DNA of 64,000 nucleotides, taken from Eledone cirrhosa (taxonomy: Eukaryota). The translations under genes and the position numbers were made by a program. The notes under the pieces were generated by a model. The model was not told the origin of the DNA and did not search any database. It worked only from the letters and a program-made list of their open reading frames with translations. Positions within the stretch are counted from its first letter, which is position 1. Each line of letters starts with the position of its first letter. Where the stretch lies: contig OZ024740.1 in assembly GCA_964016885.1 (NCBI GenBank), positions 323,702,001-323,766,000 on the forward strand, read 5' to 3'. Below, piece by piece: positions 28,301 through 43,600 of this stretch.

Positions 28301-28974
28301 TGAGATATGTTTCAACACACGATATCACGTCGATAATTTTACGAAACAAAAAAAAAGAAGAAAAAAAACGGAATATATTTTTTGTTCCATTGTGAAATCT
28401 ATTTCCTTATTTGGTTGCTCAGTTGTTGTTATGGCAACACAATGACATCAGTAACATACAGTTATTATCTCTGGTTTAAACATCATCTATGTTATAAGCT
28501 ATTTTTTTCTGAAGATATAGCGATTATGTTTTGTTTTGCTTTTTTGTTGTTTTATTTACACTTCATTTTCTTTAGCTTTTACTGAAAACAGTATGTTCCT
28601 CACTATGTCTCTTTTGTCTCTCTCTCTTTCTCTCTCCCCTTCTCTTCTCCCCCCCCCCTCTCTTGGTCTCCCCATCTCTTTCTCCCTCTTTCTCTCCCAG
28701 TCTCTCTCTCTCTTATTCTATTTGTGTCATCTTCTGTCACTGTCTTGTGTATGCTAATATCCATTCCAGTCGTGGACACCCTCTCTTTTTATTTCACGAC
28801 TAGTATATCGTAGTATACCGAGGAATGTTATTCATAAGGCTAATGTATCCTTCCTTTTTAAAGACTGTGATACGATTTTATGGAGATTTGTCTATTATTT
28901 CTAGCACCTTTATACATACTTATTTATAGATTAAGTTTCTAGGCCATTTGCTAACATGTGATTTTGATTCACTT

Positions 28975-29440
28975 CTAGGTCTGGACGAAGGGGCAAAGAT
29001 CAGAGCCTTCATAGCCCCTCCGATACTGGAAGAGATTTTGGTAGGTCTGGACGAAGAGGCAAAGACCAAAACCTTTACAGCACCTCCGACACTGGAAGAG
29101 ATTTTGGTAGGTCTGGACGAAGGGGCAAAGACGAGGGCCTTCCCAGCCCTTCCGATACTGGGAGAGATTTTGGTAGGTCTGGACGAAGAAGCAAAGACGA
29201 GAGCCTTCCCAGCCCTTCCGATACTGGGAGAGATTGATGTTGATATTCTGTTTAAATTGTTGCAAGCTAACTTCTTTGGGAAGGGCATGTGCAGGGAGAA
29301 AGTTCCTGGAGATTGACAATCTTGGCTGGAATAGCTGGTGGTAGTGGTTTATACAGGGCACCGGGTGTGTGAATACAGCATAGGTGACAAAGGGAGGAGA
29401 AACCAGTGAGTGAAGAGAGAGTTCTAGAGGGCCTACGTTC
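28975..29440 (-). mobile_element. LINE 3' end (CR1/Jockey-like) with four 66-bp tail repeats
   Basis: Reverse translation PCINHYHQLFQPRLSISRNFLPAHALPKEVSLQQFKQNIN resembles the RT C-terminal SFFPR..LWNSLP..FK motif; TAGGTCTGGACGAAG at 66-nt spacing. Confidence 0.6.
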
Positions 29441-29895
29441 TGAATAGGAATTACTGGGTGTAGTGGCTAATTCGGAACTGTAGATTTTTTTTTTTTGTCG
29501 CTCTTAAGCTACCATTTTTTAAAATTGAAAACTGATGAAGCCATTAATCAGGAACTTCAATATCACTGCCATTTTTCTACACTCAACCTACTAGTGTTAG
29601 TGATGATTCAGTTAATATTTCAATGTTTTAAATACTACGATATTTTAAACACATATTCTCGTATATATAATTACTCGTGACACTTTTTCACGGCCTCCAA
29701 AGCTGGTGGAAAGGAAAGAGGGAAACATCTTCAAAACGGAGACCTGGTGCGGATTTTTAAAACAGAGTTAACTATGACAATTGTATTGAACTGGTGGTGG
29801 TGGTGGTGGTGGTGATGGTGGTGGTGATCATCGCCATCGTCGTGGTCATAGTGTTAGTTATGGTAATAATGCTAGTGTTAATTCTGCTGTTGTTG

Positions 29896-29978
<83 letters not shown>

Positions 29979-30217
29979 CGTGGTGGATGTGATGGCTGTA
30001 ATGGCAGTGGTGATAGTTATTATCTGTCATCAATCTGTGTGTAAATCGAAGACAAGACGTATTTAACGGGACCTCTATGTAATAGAAAACAAAAACACAA
30101 GAAAACACTTCTGCAAATGGTAAAAAAGGAATTAGATGGCAGCAGAGGAAACCATTTAATTATTCCAGGCATGTAAGAATAGTAAGCTTTAGTCCATCTA
30201 CATACAGGCGTACATAA

Positions 30218-30294
<77 letters not shown>

Positions 30295-30407
30295 TTAGTT
30301 AAGCAAAACAAGAACACAAATTTCACAAGGAAGACATTATTAAACGATTGTCAACATATTTTAGTTTGATGTAAGGAATGTAGAGAATAATAATAATAAT
30401 ATTAATA

Positions 30408-30597
30408 ATAATTGTTTCTACTTTAGGCACAAGGCCAGCAATTACCCAGTGCATTACTGGTACTTTATTTTATCGACCCCGTAAGGATGAAAGGCAAAAT
30501 CAACCTCGGCGGGATTTGAACTCAGATCGTAAAGGGACGTAACTATGCTGGAAAGCATGGCGTCCGACCCTCTACCGATACTGCCAATCCACCGCCC
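30408..30597 (-). mobile_element. Young tRNA-derived SINE
   Basis: Near-identical reverse complement of 52053-52240. Confidence 0.9.
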
Positions 30598-31129
30598 TAT
30601 AATATTAATAATAATAATGTCCGTTTACAATTGTTTCGCTACTCCATATAATATTTCTGGATCAGATGACTATATATCATAATTGATCTGGTTCAGTTGA
30701 AAATAATTAACATATTTAAAAAACAGAGTGGCTCATCGGAACTTCAAAGGAATATAAATTAAAATAATGGGATAATGTTACATAATATAATGTTCCATAT
30801 ATTGGTTTTTACTATGGTGTCTTGGTTGCATCAGTTGTCAGCCATAATCAAGCAGTATTCATCTGTCGAGGCTGCATTGTGTGAGATCTGCCTATGGGTA
30901 ACAAGATGGCTGCCAAAGGGCATATTTACCTTACTAATTAGAGGGTGGTTTCAGGGGAAGTAACTTCTCGAGAGATTAGAAATTGTGGGTGTTTATAGTT
31001 AAGTGCTAATTTTTAAATTTTTTAATTGAGAGACAATGTAGGGGAGGTAACTTATAATTATCGAGTTGTTCATAGCAATTTAACTTATTAGCTACAAGTA
31101 AAAATGGGGCTACATGACTAAGTTGGGTC

Positions 31130-31600
31130 AAAAATTCTATTGGCGAAGGAATTATCCCTTCGATGTTGACAGCTAATGGTTACCCCCGTTCTATCGTTAA
31201 TCGGTAGAGGTCGTGATAGAGTTATGTAATATGCTTCCGTAATATACAGAGATCACAAGATTTTCTTCGTCCATTGAACGGTTGGGCCCTAGCCACGATA
31301 TCCCATTTTAGTGAGTGTTGAACATTGTTTAATTTAAGGGTTTTAATGAGCCTAGCTAGCGATGTCGAACATCTCTTGCTAGGGTCTCGGAAGGAAAAAG
31401 AGTGCGCGTTGTAGCGTACCTTAAAAGGGTTAGATGTAGACCCGATATAAGAGCTGGTATTCGAAGCAGTCTCAACCGTGCACCTATAGACTATGTTGGG
31501 TGTCAGGCAGTGTCCATTTAATGGGCATGCATCGGAGTAACGGCAGTTGCAGTTGCTTCTGCGGTTAGTGAGAGTAGGGTTGTTTAACCTAAGCGGTAGG
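31130..31600 (-). pseudogene. PLE GIY-YIG endonuclease remnant (CNC..CPL type), frameshifted
   Basis: CNCRYSDACPLNGHCLTPNIVYRCTV..YIGSTSNPFKVRYNAH..LKWDIV..CDLC, continuing EAYYI..PINDRT..SCQHRR in other frames; decayed hammerhead downstream at 30619-30670. Confidence 0.85.
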
Positions 31601-31728
31601 TCCGTGCTAGAAGGATTGGATGGGGGAGGTGTGCTACTAGAGTAATAATTATATATATGCATACATATATATACATATATATACATATATATATATATAT
31701 ATACATATATTTACATACATATATATAC

Positions 31729-31761
<33 letters not shown>

Positions 31762-31762
31762 C

Positions 31763-31795
<33 letters not shown>

Positions 31796-32115
31796 CAAAA
31801 ATATACGGTAGTGTCCAATCCGTATGAAGAATTCAATGTAATCCAAATATCATGAAAAGAGAAGATGTATTCAACATTTTTTCGATGAAAAACACAGGAA
31901 AACAGAGTCAAGAAAAATTAATAAACATAATTAATAAAAACAAAGAAACAGTTCATTATATTAAACAATTCATCATTTTACGATCGTTTCTAGGATATAC
32001 ATGTGTGTGTTGGTATGTATATCATATAGATCTATGTAAAAGTTTTACAAACTATCAGAGGGAATATACATACCTACACATATATATGCTGTCTTCAGAA
32101 ATAATATATATATAT

Positions 32116-32150
<35 letters not shown>

Positions 32151-32325
32151 TTATACTGAGATAATGACGTGAATTTCAAATACCATTTATATAAGAACAC
32201 TTTCACGTCACCCACTGCTACATATCCACCCCTTCTCCGCTTCACCCCTCCCCCTCCCCACACTTTTCACTGTCTTCCTTTCATGTCTTTTTCTGAGCCA
32301 TCATCATCTATCTATGAAAATATAG

Positions 32326-32412
<87 letters not shown>

Positions 32413-32626
32413 CTTCTTCTTCCTATCTCTTTATGTTTATCGTCATCGTCGCCATCATCACCTTCGGCATGCCGTCCGCCATCACTCATCTCATTATCGT
32501 CAGCACCTACTTTTTTATCCTCTAATCATTATTGTCATCGTCGTCGTCGCCATCATTATTTTTCATTATTTTTGTCATTATTATCCTCATCACCATCATC
32601 GTAATCATCAGCATATTTCATCATGA

Positions 32627-32708
<82 letters not shown>

Positions 32709-32719
32709 ATTTATATTTA

Positions 32720-32759
<40 letters not shown>

Positions 32760-32825
32760 CATATATATATGTATATATATATATTTGTATATATATATAT
32801 ATATATATACACACACATATATATA

Positions 32826-32884
<59 letters not shown>

Positions 32885-32977
32885 GTGTGTATATTTTTAT
32901 ATATATATATGTGTGTGTATTTATATTTATATATATATATATATATGTGTGTATATATATATATGTGTGTGTGTGTG

Positions 32978-33060
<83 letters not shown>

Positions 33061-33272
33061 ATGTCACTAAACGTTTACCTGCTTCTCATTCAACAGGTGC
33101 AGTTTATAGTACACACACACGCATACATATATATATATATACACACACGCAATCAGACAAACACGTATATATAAATATACACACACGTGTGTCTGTATTT
33201 TTATTTATATATATGACAGAGATAAAGGAAGTTGCACTTTTATTTCTTAATTTCTGGTGAAGATTTAATATA

Positions 33273-33327
<55 letters not shown>

Positions 33328-33829
33328 GATTATATATATATATGTATATTTATACACATATGAATATACATATACACATATATATATATTATATATATAT
33401 ACACACATTTATATATATATTAAAATCCTTATTAATAAAAATTTATAGAAATTAAATAGGAAACAAAAATATAATTATTATAGGAAATGATAAAATTTCC
33501 GAGAAAAACAAGACATAAACTCATCACAAAATCTATCAGTTGATCGTTGTCAAAGCTTAAATCTCTTTTTAGATTCTCAACATTTCTCAGAATTCTTCAT
33601 AATTTACTATGTTGTCTTATTCCGGTTTTAGGTTTTTTGGAGGGTGTTTTTTGTTTTGTTTATGTGATGTTTTTTTTTTGCCGTATTTCTTGTAAGTATT
33701 AACCCTCTCCCCACATAGTTCCTGGTTGGAAAGGCAAACAAGATCTATTTAATATTCATAGACTACTTAAGTGGTCTTACGCTACATAGGATTCTCTGCT
33801 TTATATCCAACAGAAATGGTAAATACTAC

Positions 33830-33891
33830 AAAAAAAACAGCATATACAATAACCTCTACAGCAGCAACAACAACAACAACAGTAACAATAA

Positions 33892-33922
<31 letters not shown>

Positions 33923-34262
33923 AACAACAGTAACAACAACAACAACAACAGCAACAACAACAGTAACAACAACAAAAAACAGCATATACAATAACCTCTA
34001 CAACGCCAGCTGCAACGACAACAACAACAACAACAACAACAACGACGACAACAACAGCAACAGCAACAACAGCAGTAACAACAACAACAAACAGCAACAA
34101 CAAATACAACACATACAACAGTAATGGCAACGACAACATATACAGTATATACAACAATAATGTATACAACACTTGCAGCAATAATAACAACAACAGCAAC
34201 ATACAACAACAACAGTAGTAACAACAACAATATATAGAGCACATACAACAACAACGACAACG

Positions 34263-34310
<48 letters not shown>

Positions 34311-34575
34311 TATACAACACATGCAACAATAAAAACAAAATATACAGCAACTGTAGCAACAAGAACACATACAACAATAACAATAATAACAACAGCATAT
34401 ATAACACATATAAGAAGAACGACAACAAAAATAACAAGCAACAACAACAAATAATATATACACAACAACAAAACCAACTTCGATAATAAAAACACAAACA
34501 ACTCCAACAACAGAAACACATACAACAACAACAGCAATAGCTAGAACAACAACAATAAAACATATACAACGTAAC
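33830..34575. repeat. Degenerate (CAA)n-rich tract
   Basis: Directly visible. Confidence 0.9.
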
Positions 34576-34616
<41 letters not shown>

Positions 34617-34930
34617 GGGATAACAGGTTATCGTTATCGTTATGGCAGTCCACTTCGATGTAGTCCAGTTGTAGTAGTTCTTGTAGCGGGTAGTATTAAC
34701 GTGTCGCTTAGTTTGACTCAACAAGACGTTTCCATAGTGATGCTGCGAGTTCGCGGTGATTTCTATGTAGTTTATACTTGGAGTAATAATAATTCAAGAA
34801 AGAAGATTGACATGGTTTGTTATACAATAAGGGCTTTATTCACATTGCTGACAAGAAACAATTGTCAGCAATGTGAATAAAGCCATTATTGTATAGCCAA
34901 CCATGTCAATCTCCTTTCTTCAATTATTAT
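34617..34930. mobile_element. Fold-back insert centred on a half hammerhead
   Basis: Arms about 34788-34854 and 34862-34929; centre GAAACAATTGTC; related to 50817-51260. Confidence 0.65.
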
Positions 34931-34954
34931 ATATGTATATATATATATATATAT

Positions 34955-35883
<929 letters not shown>

Positions 35884-35908
35884 AATATATATATATATAT
35901 ATATATAT

Positions 35909-36272
35909 ACGATATTAACAAATGGAAACTATATTTATAAAACCATATCTATTTTATTATACATATTTCAAGGATACCATGTTAAATTATGGTATGCTTT
36001 CGTCAGACAAAATACAATATATAAAAGTTTTATAAAAATGGTATATATTGTATTTTGTCTAATAAAACTGGTATATATTGTATTTTGTCTGATGAAAGCA
36101 TACCATAATTTAACATGGTATCCTTGAAATATGTATAATAAAATAGATATGGTTTTATAAATATAGTTTCCATTTGTTAATATCGTATATTTACTCCAAA
36201 TACTTGTCGAGTGCTTTATATCAGTTATAAAAATATTTGCTTGTTGTATTCCAACAATTTAAATAGAACTTT

Positions 36273-36275
<3 letters not shown>
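35909..36275. mobile_element. Fold-back element family B (hammerheads 35950-36014 on -, 36081-36145 on +)
   Basis: Inverted arms 35909-36023 and 36072-36186; CUGA(U/C)GA-AAG..UACCAU/AUGGUA..CUU-GAAA-UAUGUA-UA. Confidence 0.85.
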
Positions 36276-36302
<27 letters not shown>

Positions 36303-36305
<3 letters not shown>

Positions 36306-36752
36306 CCAAAAGTTTAACAAAGTTCATTGATTATCAATGAATATAGTTTTACAATAGATTAGAAGCACTCAACATCTAGGTTTTCTGGAGTTATTAATAT
36401 TACTTCAAAATATTAATAAATATAGACATTCATGTAATCAAATATATTTTATTATATATATTTCAGAGGTTCTGTGCTGTTTCTTCAGTACGTCCTCATC
36501 AGATAAAATAAATTGATGTCTGACATACATCAACGGTCCTGATGGTTCAATTCCAGTTTTGGCAGAAAATCTGGAATTGAATTTGACTGTCAAAACTGGA
36601 ATTGAACCATCAGCACAGTTGAGGTATGTCAGACATCAATTTATTTTATCTGATGAGGACGTACTGAAAAAACAGCTCAGTACCTCTGAAATATATATAA
36701 TAAAATATATTTGATCACATGAATTTCTATATTTATTAATATTTTGAAGAAA
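36303..36752. mobile_element. Fold-back element family C, copy 2 (hammerheads 36445-36510 on -, 36642-36707 on +)
   Basis: Homologous to 34955-35560 in opposite orientation, different centre. Confidence 0.85.
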
Positions 36753-36802
36753 TATATATATATATATATATATATGTATATTTAAATATTTAAATATTTA
36801 TA

Positions 36803-36884
<82 letters not shown>

Positions 36885-36924
36885 GTATGTATATATATAT
36901 ATATATAAATATACACACACGAAT

Positions 36925-37155
36925 AATAAGTTCTACTTTAGGCACAAGGACAGCAATTTGGTGGAGAGGGAAAAGTCGATTAAATCAACCTCAGTGTATT
37001 ACTGGTACTTTATTTTATCGAGCTTGTAAGAATGAAAGGCAAAGCTAACCACGGAGTGGTGTATCTTGGGTTGAACTCGGTATGTAAATGACCGTAACAC
37101 TATGCTGCAAAGCATGGCGTCCGACGCTCCACCGATTCTGCCAATTCACCGCCCA
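36925..37155 (-). mobile_element. tRNA-derived SINE (older copy)
   Basis: Same core in reverse orientation. Confidence 0.8.
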
Positions 37156-37696
37156 TATGTATAATAGTATTCACGAATAATGCTATCAACAATAACAACA
37201 CAAACAATAACAAGGACAACCATGACACCGACAGCAACAACAGCAGCAACAACAGCATCAACAACAATTATTCACACATGAACAACAGCAATATATACAG
37301 CAATCAGTATACATGCAACAACAAATGTAATACCAGCAAAACATACAACAACAACAACAACAACAACAACGACGACGACAACAACAACAATGACAACAAC
37401 AACAACAACTACAACGACTATAACAGCAACGCATACAGCAACCATAATACATACAACAACAGCAACAGCACCGACACCTACACGAAGAAGAAGAAGAAGA
37501 AGAAGAAGAACAACAACAACAACAAGAGCAGCAGCAACGAGAGCAGCAACAACAGCAACAACAGAAACAACAACAACACAACAGCAACAATTATAAAAGA
37601 AACATATACAGCAACCATAATACAAACAACAACAACAGTAGCAAAAGCAACAACAGCAACAACAACGACACCAACAACAATGAATATATATAGAAA

Positions 37697-40600
37697 CAGC
37701 AATGATAATACACTACAACAACAACAACAGTAACAGCAATGATAATACACTACAACAACAACAACAGTAACAGCAATGATAATACACAACAACAACAACA
37801 ACAGTAACAGCAATGATAATACACAACAACAACAACAACAGTAACAGCAATGATAATACACTACAACAACAACAACAGTAACAGCAATGATAATACACTA
37901 CAACAACAATAACAGTAACAGCAATGATAATACACTACAACAACAACAACAGTAACAGCAATGATAATACACAACAACAACAATAACAGTAACAGCAATG
38001 ATAATACACAACAACAACAACAGTAACAGCAATGATAATACACTACAACAACAATAACAGTAACAGCAATGATAATACACTACAACAACAACAACAGTAA
38101 CAGCAATGATAAGACACTACAACAACAACAACAGTAACAGCAATGATAATACACAACAACAACAACAACAGTAACAGCAATGATAATACACAACAACAAC
38201 AACAGTAACAGCAATGATAATACACTACAACAACAACAACAGTAACAGCAATGATAATACACTACAACAACAATAACAGTAACAGCAATGATAATACACT
38301 ACAACAACAACAACAGTAACAGCAATGATAATACACTACAACAACAACAACAGTAACAGCAATGATAATACACTACAACAACAATAACAGTAACAGCAAT
38401 GATAATACACTACAACAACAACAACAGTAACAGCAATGATAATACACTACAACAACAACAACAGTAACAGCAATGATAATAAAACTACAACAACAACAAC
38501 AGTAACAGCAATGATAATACACAACAACAACAATAACAGTAACAGCAATGATAATACACAACAACAACAACAACAGTAACAGCAATGATAATACACTACA
38601 ACAACAACAACAGTAACAGCAATGATAATACACTACAACAACAATAACAGTAACAGCAATGATAATACACTACAACAACAACAACAGTAACAGCAATGAT
38701 AATACACAACAACAACAATAACAGTAACAGCAATGATAATACACAACAACAACAACAGTAACAGCAATGATAATACACTACAACAACAACAACAGTAACA
38801 GCAATGATAATACACTACAACAACAACAACAGTAACAGCAATGATAATACACTACAACAACAACAACAGTAACAGCAATGATAATACACTACAACAACAA
38901 AAACAGTAACAGCAATGATAATACACTACAACAACAACAACAGTAACAGCAATGATAATACACAACAACAACAATAACAGTAACAGCAATGATAATACAC
39001 TACAACAACAACAACAGTAACAGCAATGATAATACACAACAACAACAATAACAGTAACAGCAATGATAATACACAACAACAACAATAACAGTAACAGCAA
39101 TGATAATACACTACAACAACAACAACAGTAACAGCAATGATAATACACAACAATAACAACAACAGTAACAGCAATGATAATACACTACAACAACAACAAC
39201 AGTAACAGCAATGATAATACACAACAACAACAACAACAGTAACAGCAATGATAATACACAACAACAACAACAACAGTAACAGCAATGATAATACACAACA
39301 ACAACAATAACAGTAACAGCAATGATAATACACAACAATAACAACAACAGTAACAGCAATGATAATACACTACAACAACAACAACAGTAACAGCAATGAT
39401 AATACACAACAACAACAATAACAGTAACAGCAATGATAATACACAACAACAACAGTAACAGCAATGATAATACACAACAATAACAACAAGAGTAACAGCA
39501 ATGATAATACACTACAACAACAATAACAGTAACAGCAATGATAATACACTACAACAACAACAACAGTAACAGCAATGATAATACACAACAACAACAATAA
39601 CAGTAACAGCAATGATAATACACTACAACAACAATAACAGTAACAGCAATGATAACACACAACAACAACAACAACAGTAACAGCAATGATAATACACTAC
39701 AACAACAACAACAGTAACAGCAATGATAATACACTACAACAACAACAACAGTAACAGCAATGATAATACACTACAACAACAATAACAGTAACAGCAATGA
39801 TAATACACTACAACAACAACAACAGTAACAGCAATGATAATACACAACAACAACAACAACAGTAACAGCAATGATAATACACTACAACAACAATAACAGT
39901 AACAGCAATGATAACACACAACAACAACAACAACAGTAACAGCAATGATAATACACTACAACAACAACAACAGTAACAGCAATGATAATACACTACAACA
40001 ACAACAACAGTAACAGCAATGATAATACACTACAACAACAACAACAGTAACAGCAATGATAATACACTACAACAACAACAACAGTAACAGCAATGATAAT
40101 ACACTACAACAACAATAACAGTAACAGCAATGATAATACACTACAACAACAATAACAGTAACAGCAATGATAATACACTACAACAACAACAACAGTGACA
40201 GCAATGATAATACACAACAACAACAACAACAGTAACAGCAATGATAATACACTACAACAACAACAACAGTAACAGCAATGATAATACACTACAACAACAA
40301 CAACAGTAACAGCAATGATAATACACTACAACAACAATAACAGTAACAGCAATGATAATACACTACAACAACAACAACAGTGACAGCAATGATAATACAC
40401 TACAACAACAACAACAGTAACAGCAATGATAATACACTACAACAACAATAACAGTAACAGCAATGATAATACACTACAACAACAATAACAGTAACAGCAA
40501 TGATAATACACTACAACAACAACAACAGTAACAGCAATGATAATACACAACAACAACAACAACAACAGTAACAGCAATGATAATACACAACAATAACAAC

Positions 40601-43600
40601 AACAGTAACAGCAATGATAATACACTACAACAACAATAACAGTAACAGCAATGATAATACACTACAACAACAATAACAGTAACAGCAATGATAATACACT
40701 ACAACAACAACAACAGTAACAGCAATGATAATACACTACAACAACAATAACAGTAACAGCAATGATAATACACTACAACAACAACAACAGTAACAGCAAT
40801 GATAATACACTACAACAACAACAACAGTAACAGCAATGATAATACACTACAACAACAACAACAGTAACAGCAATGATAATACACAACAACAACAACAACA
40901 GTAACAGCAATGATAATACACTACAACAACAATAACAGTAACAGCAATGATAATACACAACAACAACAATAACAGTAACAGCAATGATAATACACTACAA
41001 CAACAACAACAGTAACAGCAATGATAATACACAACAACAACAATAACAGTAACAGCAATGATAATACACTACAACAACAACAACAGTAACAGCAATGATA
41101 ATACACTACAACAACAATAACAGTAACAGCAATGATAATACACTACAACAACAACAACAGTAACAGCAATGATAATACACAACAACAACAACAGTAACAG
41201 CAATGATAATACACTACAACAACAACAACAGTAACAGCAATGATAATACACTACAACAACAACAACAGTAACAGCAATGATAATACACAACAACAACAAC
41301 AACAGTAACAGCAATGATAATACACAACAACAACAACAACAGTAACAGCAATGATAATACACTACAACAACAATAACAGTAACAGCAATGATAATACACA
41401 ACAACAACAACAACAGTAACAGCAATGATAATACACAACAACAACAATAACAGTAACAGCAATGATAATACACAACAACAACAATAACAGTAACAGCAAT
41501 GATAATACACAACAACAACAATAACAGTAACAGCAATGATAATACACAACAACAACAATAACAGTAACAGCAATGATAATACACTACAACAACAATAACA
41601 GTAACAGCAATGATAATACACTACAACAACAAAACTGTAACAGCAATGATAATACACAACAACAACAATAACAGTAACAGCAATGATAATACACAACAAC
41701 AACAACAACAACAAAACAGCAATGATAATACACTACAACAACAACAACAGTAACAGCAATGATAATACACTACAACAACAACAACAGTAACAGCAATGAT
41801 AATACACAACAACAACAATAACAGTAACAGCAATGATAATACACTACAACAACAACAACAGTAACAGCAATGATAATACACTACAACAACAATAACAGTA
41901 ACAGCAATGATAATACACTACAACAACAACAACAGTAACAGCAATGATAATACACAACAACAACAACAGTAACAGCAATGATAATACACTACAACAACAA
42001 CAACAGTAACAGCAATGATAATACACTACAACAACAACAACAGTAACAGCAATGATAATACACAACAACAACAGTAACAGTAACAGCAATGATAATACAC
42101 TACAACAACAACAGTAACAGCAATGATAATACACAACAACAACAACAGTAACAGCAATGATAATACACTACAACAACAACAACAACAAAACAGCAATGAT
42201 AATACACTACAACAACAACAACAGTAACAGCAATGATAATACACTACAACAACAACAACAGTAACAGCAATGATAATACACTACAACAACAACAACAGTA
42301 ACAGCAATGATAATACACTGCAACAACAACAACAGTAACAGCAATGATAATACACTACAACAACAACAGTAACAGCAATGATAATACACAACAACAACAG
42401 TAACAGTAACAGCAATGATAATACACTACAACAACAACAGTAACAGCAATGATAATACACAACAACAACAACAGTAACAGCAATGATAATACACAACAAC
42501 AACAGTAACAGTAACAGCAATGATAATACACAACAACAACAACAACAGTAACAGCAATGATAATACACAACAACAACAACAACAGTAACAGCAATGATAA
42601 TACACTACAACAACAACAACAGTAACAGCAATGATAATACACTACAACAACAACAGTAACAGCAATGATAATACACAACAACAACAACAACAGTAACAGC
42701 AATGATAATACACTACAACAACAACAGTAACAGCAATGATAATACACAACAACAACAACAACAGTAACAGCAATGATAATACACAACAACAACAACAACA
42801 GTAACAGCAATGATAATACACTACAACAACAACAACAGTAACAGCAATGATAATACACTACAACAACAACAACAGTAACAGCAATGATAATACACTACAA
42901 CAACAACAACAGTAACAGCAATGATAATACACAACAACAACAACAACAGTAACAGCAATGATAATACACTACAACAACAACAACAGTAACAGCAATGATA
43001 ATACACAACAACAACAACAACAACAGTAACAGCAATGATAATACACAACAACAACAACAACAGTAACAGCAATGATAATACACTACAACAACAACAACAG
43101 TAACAGCAATGATAATACACAACAATAACAACAACAGTAACAGCAATGATAATACACTACAACAACAACAACAGTAACAGCAATGATAATACACTACAAC
43201 AACAACAACAGTAACAGCAATGATAATACACTACAACAACAACAACAGTAACAGCAATGATAATACACAACAACAACAGTAACAGCAATGATAATACACT
43301 ACAACAACAACAACAACAGTAACAGCAATGATAATTCACAACAACAACAACAACAACAGTAACAGCAATGATAATACACAACAACAACAATAACAGTAAC
43401 AGCAATGATAATACACTACAACAACAATAACAGTAACAGCAATGATAATACACAACAACAACAACAACAGTAACAGCAATGATAATACACAACAACAACA
43501 ACAGTAACAGCAATGATGATACACAACAACAACAACAACAGTAACAGCAATGATAATACACTACAACAACAACAACAGTAACAGCAATGATAATACACAA

